Source: a virus. From it: a DNA stretch of 64,000 bases. The stretch covers positions 7,397 through 71,396 of IMG/VR virus record IMGVR_UViG_3300023179_000094; one strand, written 5' to 3'. The position numbers and the translations under genes are program-made. The notes under the pieces were generated by a model. The model was not told the DNA's origin. It did not search any database and saw only the letters and a program-made list of their open reading frames with translations. This document shows positions 1-10,105 of this stretch, piece after piece (the stretch's first letter is position 1; every line of letters begins with the position of its first letter).

Positions 1-1
1 T

Positions 2-2032
2 ATGGGGTTTGCAACAACGGGATTACAAAATTCCTATGAGTCAGGGGAAGGAGCAGAAGTATTCACACTACAATTGGATCCTAGTAAGCCATTTTATCCC
101 GAGTTTAGATTCACGTCTGTTGTTGTAAATCCCGACGGGAGTATAGCCTATCAATCAGAAGAACCAATCAGTCCAAATGTAGTTATAGTGAATTTCGATT
201 TGAATTTAACTTATGACGATAATGTGGCAACTGGCCCTGATAATTTAGTAATTAGAAACCCAGTTCCTCAATGTTCTCCTGAACAATCAAACCGCCCTGT
301 GGTATTTAACGAGTGTGGACCTTTCACATTCAATCCTTATAACATTAATAAGGCAATCAATCTTTACAAAGATCTAAGTTTAATTGTCAACAAAATGTTT
401 GGATTTGAAACCAATTACTATTCTGTTCAACCTCAGTCCAGATCAAAAGACGTGGTACTCAAAGAATGGACTTTGTATGACGTTGTGGAAGAAAGATGCG
501 TTAAAGTGATGGTTCCGCAAAACCAATTTCCTGACAATAAACCCAACTATGATCCATTTGGCATTTCTTTTGAAGAGCCATTCGAAATACACATCGACAA
601 GGTATATTTTGAAAGTCTTTTTGGTCGTGGTTCACAACCTCGTAAAAGGGATATTATATATTTTCCGTTGACCAACAGAATTTATGAAATTAATTCGACT
701 TATTTATTTCGCGATTTCATGTATTCGCCCATTTTTTTTAAAATCGAATTGAAAAAATATAACCCAAAGTCCAACACATACTATAGAGATCCTGCCTATA
801 AAGAAGAACTCGACGGAATCGCTTTAAATTCTCAAAAATTGTTTGGAGCGGAAACTGAGGCTCAGGAGGAATTAATCACCAAACCACAACAATATGTCAC
901 GACCACGAGCGATCGAGGGACAGACCCCACCCGATCGTACGTGTACGAAAAACTGCCCATTGTAAGTTACGATTTGAACAACAACTGGACTATCGTATTT
1001 AACAATTATTATGATTTATATGATGCTTTTCAATCTAATCCAGAATTTGTATTCGAACCGTATAAATATAGAAATGCTGTTAGATATTTAACTACCCCTA
1101 AATTAGATTCGGATGGAGAAATAGCTTTTACCTGCTGGTTTTCAATTAAAAATTATGTAAACGAAAATTCTCTAACTAAAAAACCCTATCCTCCTATCCC
1201 GATGGCACAGGAAACGGTAACCACAACAAGAATTGTTTACAACACTACTCCTTATAAACATGGACTTTCTCCATGGATTGGCTATGCTGAAAATCCGGAT
1301 GGCTACGTTGCAATAAAATCAGATTCAAATCACTCTGGTGGATTTCAGGTGGCTTCTGTGATTGACCAATTTAAATTTTCCGTAGTCAATCCTAATTTAC
1401 CTTTTTCATTAGATACTCCTACCCTTAAGATGCAAAAAGCACAGGCTAGAAATTTGATTGCCGGGGATTATATGGACCCAATTGATGGACCACAAGGTCT
1501 TAGAGTGGATTTAATTTATTCTGGTTCACAAGAACCAAACAACACGAACTTTCTTCAGGAGGGTAGCATTCAAATTAATTTAAATGATTTTGTCTTTAAT
1601 TCGAAGCTCCAATTTGTGCCAGAGATCGGTGAATGGTATGCCTTGGTTGTTAATATTTCTAATAAATACCATCAAATGGGTGTTAATATGTGGAAGATGA
1701 GTTATGATGTGAATAACCCACAAGAACAATCCTCTAATCTGATCCCGGTCCATGAAGATTTTAGAACTTTGTCCCAAACATATACTTTCGACTTACCTAA
1801 AGATATTGTTACTAATCCAGCCAACCCTCTATATGGAACGGACAACAATGCCTATAGGATATATACTTCGCCGGTTTTGCTTTCCAATATTCGAATTTTC
1901 AAATCGATGATAGATATCAATAAACAATCGATTGTGTTGAACCAAAACATCGTGAGGGATGCACAGCTGGCTCACATTATCGACAACGCCAAACCAACTT
2001 TGGACATTCCTAAAATCCCCAGAAAGGGTTAA
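2..2032 (+). CDS. Neck/head-closure protein (T4 gp14-like) with C-terminal beta-rich extension; probably 5'-truncated by the window
   Basis: gp14-like segment NKMFGFETNYY...DPFGISFEEPFEIHIDKVYF...PRKRDIIYFPLTNRIYEI; lies immediately upstream of the terminase genes. Confidence 0.6.
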   Translation: MGFATTGLQNSYESGEGAEVFTLQLDPSKPFYPEFRFTSVVVNPDGSIAYQSEEPISPNVVIVNFDLNLTYDDNVATGPDNLVIRNPVPQCSPEQSNRPVVFNECGPFTFNPYNINKAINLYKDLSLIVNKMFGFETNYYSVQPQSRSKDVVLKEWTLYDVVEERCVKVMVPQNQFPDNKPNYDPFGISFEEPFEIHIDKVYFESLFGRGSQPRKRDIIYFPLTNRIYEINSTYLFRDFMYSPIFFKIELKKYNPKSNTYYRDPAYKEELDGIALNSQKLFGAETEAQEELITKPQQYVTTTSDRGTDPTRSYVYEKLPIVSYDLNNNWTIVFNNYYDLYDAFQSNPEFVFEPYKYRNAVRYLTTPKLDSDGEIAFTCWFSIKNYVNENSLTKKPYPPIPMAQETVTTTRIVYNTTPYKHGLSPWIGYAENPDGYVAIKSDSNHSGGFQVASVIDQFKFSVVNPNLPFSLDTPTLKMQKAQARNLIAGDYMDPIDGPQGLRVDLIYSGSQEPNNTNFLQEGSIQINLNDFVFNSKLQFVPEIGEWYALVVNISNKYHQMGVNMWKMSYDVNNPQEQSSNLIPVHEDFRTLSQTYTFDLPKDIVTNPANPLYGTDNNAYRIYTSPVLLSNIRIFKSMIDINKQSIVLNQNIVRDAQLAHIIDNAKPTLDIPKIPRKG

Positions 2033-2043
2033 AAAAATGACTT

Positions 2044-2829
2044 ATGCCAAGACGTAAACCAAAGCCAGAGAAGGTTGTCCAGGAGAGAATTAAGGCAAAT
2101 TTAGATTCCATTCTAATGGAAGAAAATTTGGAAATTGAATCGTTAACTGTAGACAACCTTCCCCGTATGAAAACTACCGAGGTTATGGATTTTCAGGTCC
2201 AAATCCAGTCTACCGGTACAGACTCTAGAGATCTTCTAGAATCATTGGTTAAATTTTATGTGGATCAAAATCTAATTGATGAATCAGAATTCCTTGAATA
2301 CAAGAAGAAAATAGATGCCATGAACGTTGGGTCGATGATGCTTCAAATAAAAACTGCACAACACGCCATCACGAAATTGGTAGAAGAAATTGATTTAGGA
2401 AGTGCTTCTGCTCGAATGTTCGAGGTTCTTGCACAATTACAGGGACAAATTATGCAAATGTCGAAGGATCATCAAACGTATCTTGAAAAGACCGAAGCCA
2501 GCTACAAGAATTTGAGAAAAGAATTGGAGATGAAAGCTTCATCGGGTTATGTTCCCATGCAACAAAATCAAGGTTCGGACACTTCTTTTTCCCCTAGTTC
2601 CCCTCCACCTGCTCAAGGAACAAACTCTGCACTGAAGGTTAGAGGAACTAAAAGTCTAATGGAAGGACTTAGGGACATTTTGGGTGCTGAAATTCAGGAC
2701 GTGAAAGTAGAAGAAGTGAATGAAAATGCGGTGGTTAATGCCAGACAAAAAGCAAGTCAAGATGCCTCTAAAAATATAAGTTTTGAAAGCGAAGGGACTT
2801 TTGAAATAGACGATGATTTATTCCAATGA
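2044..2829 (+). CDS. Putative terminase small subunit
   Basis: Helical protein with SARMFEVLAQL segment; ATGA overlap with TerL; call is mainly positional. Confidence 0.5.
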   Translation: MPRRKPKPEKVVQERIKANLDSILMEENLEIESLTVDNLPRMKTTEVMDFQVQIQSTGTDSRDLLESLVKFYVDQNLIDESEFLEYKKKIDAMNVGSMMLQIKTAQHAITKLVEEIDLGSASARMFEVLAQLQGQIMQMSKDHQTYLEKTEASYKNLRKELEMKASSGYVPMQQNQGSDTSFSPSSPPPAQGTNSALKVRGTKSLMEGLRDILGAEIQDVKVEEVNENAVVNARQKASQDASKNISFESEGTFEIDDDLFQ

Positions 2830-5192
2830 GCAAACATGAAGATGATTCCTTAGATTCCAATTATTGGTCAACCAAAAGGGTTGATGACCTTATGAGGAAG
2901 GTTGAGGATGAAGGTTTAGATTACAAATCTGTTGATAATCCATTTCACGACGGAGACCCTTCTTTAAAAAGATCCAATTTGCTTTGGGAGTATACACCAG
3001 AGGAATTACAAGAAATGCAAAAATGTGCCTTAGATGTGGTACACTTTGCCCAGCACTGTCAGGTTATGACCGATGATGGTCTCCAGTACATTCGATTGAG
3101 AGACTATCAAGAATCTGTATTAAGGGAATACCAGAATAATAGATTCAATGTTTTTCTTGCACCTCGTCAAGTTGGAAAATGCCTTTTACCTACATCGGTG
3201 ATTCTAAACGAAGAAAATAAAAAAATACCTATATTCAATTTTAAAGAAAAAAATAATAATTTTTTCAATTTTTCCAAAAGTTTACTTTATTTCATATATT
3301 GGTTTTTCATAAAGAAAAAATCTCATAAGAAAAAAATTTTAAAATTAATTTCTTTTATTGAAAAATTCCAATTTAAAAATTATGTATTCGACCAAGACGA
3401 TCCTGAAAAAAAAGTAATCAACGAATATGAAATCTGGGAAGAAATTTTATCAGACAGTGGCTATGTTACTGCACATAAATATTTAGAAACACAGCCTTAT
3501 GAAGTTTGGTTCTTAGAGTTAGAAAACGGTAAATCTTTAGAATGTGCGGACCTTCATATTCTCTTTGACGAAAATTTCAATGAGGTTTTAGTTAAAAATC
3601 TTGTTTTAGGAAATTATGTAATGACTGATGAAGGTCCAAGCAGAATAACATATATTGAAAACTCTTTAATAAAAGTTTCAATGGCGGATTTAAGTGTTTT
3701 GCATCATAATCATAGATATTACAGCAACGGGATTCTTTCTCACAATAGTATCACCTCATCAATTATTTTGGTGTGGTATTTGCTTTTCAATCACGATAAA
3801 AACGCAATGATTTTGGCTAACGTTGGATCAACTGCCGAAGAACTCATGGATAAAATCAAGGCTATTGTGAAAGGTTTGCCTTGGTTTTTGAAGCCAGGTA
3901 TGGTTGTGAACAACGTTATGTCCATGAAATTCGATAACGGATGTAGGGCTATAGCCAAAACCACAACGAAAACAACCGCAATTGGTTTTACAATTCACTT
4001 TTTGTACATGGATGAGTTTGCACACATCCATCCGAATTTTATTGAGTCTTTCTTCCGCTCTTCTTATCCCACTGTTTCATCATCTAAGGTCTCGAGGATT
4101 ATCATTACTTCTACCCCAAATGGAATGAATAAATTTTATGAGATTTATCAAGGAGCACTAACGGGGGAAAATTCATTCAATCCTGTTCGAGTTGATTGGT
4201 GGCAAGTTCCAGGTAGAGACGAAGAATGGAAAAAACAGGAAATCGCCAACCTTGGTAGCGAAGAGCTTTTCAATCAGGAATACGGAAACCAATTTCTAAG
4301 TTCAACCTCATTATTGCTTGGATCGAATGAGCTGAAGAAAATAAAATCAAATGAATCTGAATATGTATGGAGAGAAATAGATGTTCTGAGTGATCTAGGA
4401 ATTTTCTATGAAAATTTCAGATGGCACCCAAAATTTTCTTTAGATTCGGCATCTTTAGATGATAAAAATTTTGTTTTATCTGTCGATCTTGCGGGGGGAG
4501 GCAGAGGAGATTTTACGGTTATCAATATTTTTAGAGTTGTTCCTTTGCCCAAAAAATTAATTGAAAGCATAGATGATTTCAAGGACGAAGGTGATTTTTT
4601 TAGTTTACTCCAGGTTGGGGTTTTCAGAGACAATGGTATTCAAATTGAAGATATCAAGAAAATGCTTGAGGCCTTGATTTTGAATGTATTCAATAAAGAA
4701 AGGCTGACCGTTCTACTCGAAATGAATTTTAGAGGTGAGCTCCTATTAGACAAATTGATTTCCAACGATGAGATTTCTCTGGATATTTTTTTACACACCA
4801 AACACACGGAGTCTGCACGAACTGCAAAACCTGGCATCAAGTACAACGAAAAAAACAAAATGAAGTACTGTGAAATGTTGAGGTCATCGTTCAGACAAAA
4901 CAGAGTGATTGTAAACGAAAAAGCATGGACAATTCCAGAAATTTTTTCCTTTGGGTTAAACAATAGCGGAACATATTCATCCCAATCTGGACACGACGAT
5001 GTCGCCATGACTTTGGTGAATTTGTCTGCACTTTTTGAAACAACAGCTTTCTACGATTTGATTGGGGATCTCTACGATCGGATGGACGATGACTATAGAA
5101 AATTGATTGAATCCAAATTGAATGACAAGGAATCCGACGGAAAAACTAAAGAAGGAAGCTTCTATAATTCATTTAGTAAGCTTATGTCATGA
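2826..5192 (+). CDS. terL: Terminase large subunit (T4 gp17-like), intein-containing
   Basis: LRDYQ adenine-binding motif, Walker A PRQVGK/S split by the intein, Walker B LYMDEFAH, ITSTPNG, FNQEY, nuclease motifs SVDLAGG and GHDDVAM. Confidence 0.95.
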   Translation: MSKHEDDSLDSNYWSTKRVDDLMRKVEDEGLDYKSVDNPFHDGDPSLKRSNLLWEYTPEELQEMQKCALDVVHFAQHCQVMTDDGLQYIRLRDYQESVLREYQNNRFNVFLAPRQVGKCLLPTSVILNEENKKIPIFNFKEKNNNFFNFSKSLLYFIYWFFIKKKSHKKKILKLISFIEKFQFKNYVFDQDDPEKKVINEYEIWEEILSDSGYVTAHKYLETQPYEVWFLELENGKSLECADLHILFDENFNEVLVKNLVLGNYVMTDEGPSRITYIENSLIKVSMADLSVLHHNHRYYSNGILSHNSITSSIILVWYLLFNHDKNAMILANVGSTAEELMDKIKAIVKGLPWFLKPGMVVNNVMSMKFDNGCRAIAKTTTKTTAIGFTIHFLYMDEFAHIHPNFIESFFRSSYPTVSSSKVSRIIITSTPNGMNKFYEIYQGALTGENSFNPVRVDWWQVPGRDEEWKKQEIANLGSEELFNQEYGNQFLSSTSLLLGSNELKKIKSNESEYVWREIDVLSDLGIFYENFRWHPKFSLDSASLDDKNFVLSVDLAGGGRGDFTVINIFRVVPLPKKLIESIDDFKDEGDFFSLLQVGVFRDNGIQIEDIKKMLEALILNVFNKERLTVLLEMNFRGELLLDKLISNDEISLDIFLHTKHTESARTAKPGIKYNEKNKMKYCEMLRSSFRQNRVIVNEKAWTIPEIFSFGLNNSGTYSSQSGHDDVAMTLVNLSALFETTAFYDLIGDLYDRMDDDYRKLIESKLNDKESDGKTKEGSFYNSFSKLMS
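3180..3746 (+). mobile_element. Mini-intein (189 aa, no homing endonuclease) in the TerL Walker A motif
   Basis: Begins CLLPTS after GK; block-B-like SLECADLHILF; ends YYSNGILSHN followed by Ser(+1); removal restores RQVGKS; very AT-rich. Confidence 0.92.
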
Positions 5193-5252
5193 TTGATTAA
5201 ATATATATAGGATGGAACCCTAGTAATATCCCCATTTGTGGTAATTCATTTT

Positions 5253-5260
5253 GATATATA
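5253..5260 (+). promoter_or_regulatory. Putative late promoter GATATATA (tail sheath)
   Basis: Motif recurs 20-70 nt upstream of most structural genes; resembles the T4 late promoter TATAAATA. Confidence 0.7.
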
Positions 5261-5287
5261 CTAGGAAAAAATATCTTTAAAACGATA

Positions 5288-8200
5288 ATGGCTAAGAAAA
5301 TCAAACTCGATTTATCACAATTCAAAGCTTCCGGCGTTTATACGTTGGAATTTGATGCCTCTGAAAACATCATTCTAACCTCCCAAACAATTCGTCTGGT
5401 GGTTGGTTTTTCGAATAAGGGTCCTTTCAACGCTCCGGTTTATATCCCAGACGTCACAACTGCAGTTGCAATTTTTGGTGACATTGATAAAAACCTAGAA
5501 TCACAGGGATCGTATTTTCAGAGATCAATTTTAACCTGTCTTTCGACAGGACCAGTTTTTGCCTTGAATTTGCTTCGACTCAACAACGATGTTGATTCAC
5601 CAACTGCAGACAAAGTAGACTATTTCGGTTTCTCTGTTGCTACCGATGAGCCCAATGGAGTTTTAACTTCCCGTTTGTACTCGTCTTTTTACAACAAAGA
5701 AAGATTTTGGTTTGCCGATGTCGATTATTTTCTTGCCACAATGTCTGTGGTGGATCAGGGAAGAATTTTCAATTTGGTGAATTTAGGACAACAGTCGATG
5801 TCTGTCATTGTTAGAAAATCCACTGATGCTACACCACCTCTTCAGGGATACGATGTATTCGCGATTGATTGGTATGGTGCAAATAATGTACCCAGTTATG
5901 TACACCCATATGACTACATTTCCGATTGGTTTATTGATGTTATTGCGGTTTCGGGGGATTGGACAAATTATCAGGCTCTATCTGAAGATCCGGAATGGTC
6001 TGCTTTCTTCACACCAAATGGATTCAAAAAAAGTCAAATCAACAATTTTCTGAGCCAACAGAACGTGAACATCATCACCCAAGTAACTGGTTGTTTGATT
6101 GTAGATTTTGTGGATCTAAACGGAAACAACCAATTCATTCAAACTCTGGTTAACAATAACACTCCTTCCACAGGACTATTTTGTGCAGTAGATGCAGAAG
6201 GATTGGAATATCTATGCCAGAATCCATACAAAGTAGATTTGGTCGGTAACTTTTTGATCGACGAGCTAACTGGAGATAGAGATCTTGCAGATCCTACTTT
6301 GAATTTTTTAAGTTATGATCAACAGTTGATCCAAGATTATCTTTACACGCAAAATTCTATCGGAATAACTGGAGGAGGTGTAACAGGAGGAACAGCTGGT
6401 GTTGATTATACTCAATTGAATGTGGGAACTTTGTTCAATCTAGGAGGTCCAACCGGACCAACTGCTGGAGTACCCGCATCCGCATTAGAACCCTACAACC
6501 CAAGTTTAACTTTTGGGGGTCTTCATTATCTCCGTACCAATTCTGGTGTTACTGGAGGTGCAGTTGTAAATGTTTATATTACCAACGGCGGTTCCGGTTA
6601 CACAAGTGCACCAACAGTATCTTTCTCTGGGTCAGGAACGGGTGCTGCTGCCACTGCGGTCTTAACCTCGGGTGCTGTATCTAGCATTTCTTTAACATCT
6701 GGTGGATCTGGATATACAACCGCACCCACTATTTCTTTTTCTGGTGGTGGAACTGGTGGAACGGGAGCAGCGGCTTCTGCAGATATATTAACTCAACCTT
6801 CTTTGACTTCTGCACAGAAACTTTTATTGAAAGACTTTTCAACCCCTACAGCTTCTTATTCTCCTTTTATTCTGGGAACGGTTTCTATTCCTGCTGGTTT
6901 AAGTGGTAATGTTATAAATCAGTTTACATCAGGAGATCTGGTAAAACTAAAAATCTCCGGTGTCAGAGAAATCTCTGGAAATTTGACCATCACATTTACA
7001 CATCCACTCGATACCCCGGTTTATGCTTCCCAAGGAATTCAAGTCAGTCCTACATCTTTTACTGCGGGACCTTCCGGTGGAGTTTATGAATTCTATCAAC
7101 AATTTGGTGCTTCTGATTATTTAGACATTGTTAATGTTGCTTCAATCACTGGAGGAACAGCTTCAAATGCTTTGACTGGACAAATTTCAACCAGATTATA
7201 CCAAAATATTTTATATCAAGAAATAGAAGACGGTGATCAAATTTGGTGGAACGCTGAAGGTTCTCCGCCATATTACATCGACGTTCAAACAACAATCGAT
7301 AGAGACCAATACAATATTTCTTATGTTAGAGCTTTTAACAATATTGCTAGGCAAAGCCCAACTGATCTGATTAATTATCCATCTTTTGGAACTGTTTATG
7401 CATCGGATAATATTGGTCAACCAGTATCAGCAGGTAAAACTGATATAATTTCAAACGTAAATTCTATCAATCAATTTTTGAACGTTTTAACAAAAATAGA
7501 CTCAACTAGTTTCACTTTTGTTCCTATAACCGATCCACAAAATCCTAACAATAATAGAATAATTTCTGTCGGAGATTATCTAGTTTCAACTGACCTAGAA
7601 TTGTGTGAAACCGTAGGAGCCAACAGACAATCTAGATTGACTAAAGTAACCGCTGTAGCACAAACCACTACCTCTGGAGTTGTTAGAGTTGTCTGTGCTA
7701 GACCGATTCTCTTTTATTCCGGATCTCCTGTACAGGTTCAAAAGTTTAAATCGATCCCCCAATTCACCAGATCATTCGACTTCATTTACTTGAGTGGTTA
7801 TACAATGAGAGATGCACAAAGACCTAATGGAACAGATTTGAGAGTGGATGAAATTTTGGATGTTTTGTATGACACAAATTTGGCTGCAACTTTGGCTACC
7901 AAGGACGTTATTTCATTCCGTTATATCGTAGATACTTTCAGCGGAACAATTCAGCCGAATTCTAAATATCAACTTTCAAAGCTTGCTATGATGAGACAGA
8001 AGGCTTTGGCATTTATCAATGCTCCTTCTATGGCTCAGTTTAGAGCCAGCACAGATCCAAGATTTACTAATGCTCCAACAGCTGTAGATCCGTTCCCTCC
8101 CCTAGAAGCACAATACATAGCAGAGGGTGGAAATTTATCTTTGAATCCAGCTTACACGTTCAGTCTACCTACTCAAGATTTGGGAGCTTCTTTTGCTGGC

Positions 8201-8836
8201 TATTTCACTCCTTATATTACTGTTAGAGAAAATAACAGAAACGTGAATGTTCCACCAGCTGCTTATGTCTCTAACAATTTCGTTAGAAAATTCGCAAACG
8301 GAGAACCATACAACATCATAGCAGGTCAAAAAAGAGGTACGATATCCGGAGGTAATATCGTCGGAGTAGAATATGACTTCACCGACGAAGATCGCGGATG
8401 GCTAGAACCCTTTGGATTGAATCCTATTATCAAGAAGAGAGGTTTTGGTGTCGTTATCTTTGGTAACCAAACTGCTTACCAGACTGTTAGTTCCGCCTTC
8501 GGACTACTTCATGTAAGGGATTTGTTAATTAGCCTGGAGAATGACGTGGAAGAAATCCTATCGAACTATCTGTTTGATTTCAACGAGGATTCTATCCGTC
8601 TTGAAATTAAAACCCTGGTCGATACCTATTTAGATGGAGTGAGAGCAGGTGGTGGTATTTATGCCTATCAAGTAATTATGGACGCATCAAACAATCCTCC
8701 TTCTGTTATCGACATGAATATGGGTATTATTGATATCATCATAGAACCTGCTCGAGGAATTCAGAAATTCATCAATAGAATCACGGTTACTAGAACCGGC
8801 GGTATTGCATCTGGTGGTTTCATCAACTTTGTATAA
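5288..8836 (+). CDS. Tail sheath protein (T4 gp18-like) with large central insertion
   Basis: N-terminal SGVYTLEFD, VGFSNKGPFNAP; C-terminal VPPAAYV, AGQKRG, GLNPII, IFGNQT, LHVRDLLI, YLFDFNED. Confidence 0.93.
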   Translation: MAKKIKLDLSQFKASGVYTLEFDASENIILTSQTIRLVVGFSNKGPFNAPVYIPDVTTAVAIFGDIDKNLESQGSYFQRSILTCLSTGPVFALNLLRLNNDVDSPTADKVDYFGFSVATDEPNGVLTSRLYSSFYNKERFWFADVDYFLATMSVVDQGRIFNLVNLGQQSMSVIVRKSTDATPPLQGYDVFAIDWYGANNVPSYVHPYDYISDWFIDVIAVSGDWTNYQALSEDPEWSAFFTPNGFKKSQINNFLSQQNVNIITQVTGCLIVDFVDLNGNNQFIQTLVNNNTPSTGLFCAVDAEGLEYLCQNPYKVDLVGNFLIDELTGDRDLADPTLNFLSYDQQLIQDYLYTQNSIGITGGGVTGGTAGVDYTQLNVGTLFNLGGPTGPTAGVPASALEPYNPSLTFGGLHYLRTNSGVTGGAVVNVYITNGGSGYTSAPTVSFSGSGTGAAATAVLTSGAVSSISLTSGGSGYTTAPTISFSGGGTGGTGAAASADILTQPSLTSAQKLLLKDFSTPTASYSPFILGTVSIPAGLSGNVINQFTSGDLVKLKISGVREISGNLTITFTHPLDTPVYASQGIQVSPTSFTAGPSGGVYEFYQQFGASDYLDIVNVASITGGTASNALTGQISTRLYQNILYQEIEDGDQIWWNAEGSPPYYIDVQTTIDRDQYNISYVRAFNNIARQSPTDLINYPSFGTVYASDNIGQPVSAGKTDIISNVNSINQFLNVLTKIDSTSFTFVPITDPQNPNNNRIISVGDYLVSTDLELCETVGANRQSRLTKVTAVAQTTTSGVVRVVCARPILFYSGSPVQVQKFKSIPQFTRSFDFIYLSGYTMRDAQRPNGTDLRVDEILDVLYDTNLAATLATKDVISFRYIVDTFSGTIQPNSKYQLSKLAMMRQKALAFINAPSMAQFRASTDPRFTNAPTAVDPFPPLEAQYIAEGGNLSLNPAYTFSLPTQDLGASFAGYFTPYITVRENNRNVNVPPAAYVSNNFVRKFANGEPYNIIAGQKRGTISGGNIVGVEYDFTDEDRGWLEPFGLNPIIKKRGFGVVIFGNQTAYQTVSSAFGLLHVRDLLISLENDVEEILSNYLFDFNEDSIRLEIKTLVDTYLDGVRAGGGIYAYQVIMDASNNPPSVIDMNMGIIDIIIEPARGIQKFINRITVTRTGGIASGGFINFV

Positions 8837-8888
8837 CATATTGTGTGAATTTTTGAAGGTAAGATAAATAAAAAAAGAAAAACAATTA

Positions 8889-9443
8889 ATGGCCGGTTTA
8901 CCACATTACCAAAATTCATTGTATTCGATCAATAAATACGAACCAGTTTATCTCAATCAATTTGAGGTAACTGTAATTCCTCCTGCAGCTGTTCAAGGGG
9001 GTCAAATTTTGTTACAACAGGTTATGAGTGTAGCAGGAATGGACGTGGATAAAAACCCATCTTTTGTTTTCCAAAAATACAAGTTTGCCAAAAGAAACTA
9101 TGCGGGAGGTAAACCAGATAAAACCAGTTTGGATTTAAGTGTGAAATTTACGGTGAATTTGAATGACGATAATTCTATGTACACGTTCAAAACCCTGAGA
9201 CAGTGGACCGATTTGATTTACAATCCACTTACAGGAGCTATGGGGATCAAAACGGATTACACTGGTACGGTCATCATTTCTATTTTCAACAAAAACGGAG
9301 ATGTTTTCAGGAGAATTACCTGCAGAGACTGCTTTCCTATGAAAGCTATTGATCCGATGGAGTTAGATTATGTGAATGGAACTACCTTGTATGAAATCAC
9401 AATGACATGGGCGGTTGATTATTGGGATGATCTATTTACCTAA
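8889..9443 (+). CDS. Tail tube protein, paralog 1 (gp19-like)
   Basis: Follows sheath; NQFEVTV, KRNYAGG, LRQWTDLIYNPLTG, DCFP, TWAVDYW; GATAAATA at 8863. Confidence 0.85.
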   Translation: MAGLPHYQNSLYSINKYEPVYLNQFEVTVIPPAAVQGGQILLQQVMSVAGMDVDKNPSFVFQKYKFAKRNYAGGKPDKTSLDLSVKFTVNLNDDNSMYTFKTLRQWTDLIYNPLTGAMGIKTDYTGTVIISIFNKNGDVFRRITCRDCFPMKAIDPMELDYVNGTTLYEITMTWAVDYWDDLFT

Positions 9444-9458
9444 AAATTAAAAAAATAA

Positions 9459-10040
9459 ATGGCAGGTTTACCACACTTCAATAATTCTCTAGCGGCTCGC
9501 AACAACTTCGAACCAGTTTTTCTGAACCAATTCGAAGTTCTGATTACACCTCCGGCAGGAGTGACATTAGGTAATGTGAGATTCAATGGGGAATCTATTA
9601 TGACGCAGCAGGTCAAAAGCGTAACCGGATCTCTTGCAGTTGATATTCAACCTGCTGCTCCAGTAACACAGTACTATAAATTCGCAGAAAGAAGATATGC
9701 AGGAGGTGAACCTTCTACTTCTGATGTTCAATTTTCGATTGCTTTTGAGGTTAATTTGAACGAGAATAATTCAATGACCATTTTTAAAATCTTGCGTCAA
9801 TGGTCAGATTTGATTTACAATCCTTTAACCGGTGCTATGGGATTGAAAAGAGATTACACTGGACAAATTGTTGTATCAATCTTTAACAAACAAGGTGATG
9901 TATTTCGCAGACTAACTTTGAATAACTGCTTCTTGATCGAACCACTGACCACAATGGCATTAAGTTATGATTCCGGGGATGCTTTATACATTCTAGACAC
10001 CACCTGGAAATCCGATTACTGGCAAGACCAATTCCTATAA
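9459..10040 (+). CDS. Tail tube protein, paralog 2
   Basis: Clearly paralogous to the previous ORF (MAGLPH, EPVxLNQFEV, LRQWxDLIYNPLTGAMG, IFNKxGDVFRR). Confidence 0.85.
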   Translation: MAGLPHFNNSLAARNNFEPVFLNQFEVLITPPAGVTLGNVRFNGESIMTQQVKSVTGSLAVDIQPAAPVTQYYKFAERRYAGGEPSTSDVQFSIAFEVNLNENNSMTIFKILRQWSDLIYNPLTGAMGLKRDYTGQIVVSIFNKQGDVFRRLTLNNCFLIEPLTTMALSYDSGDALYILDTTWKSDYWQDQFL

Positions 10041-10105
10041 TTTTGGTTTTTTTTCTGTCACTCATATATAAGGAGCACATTTGTGTGTGACCTAATTACA
10101 ATTAT

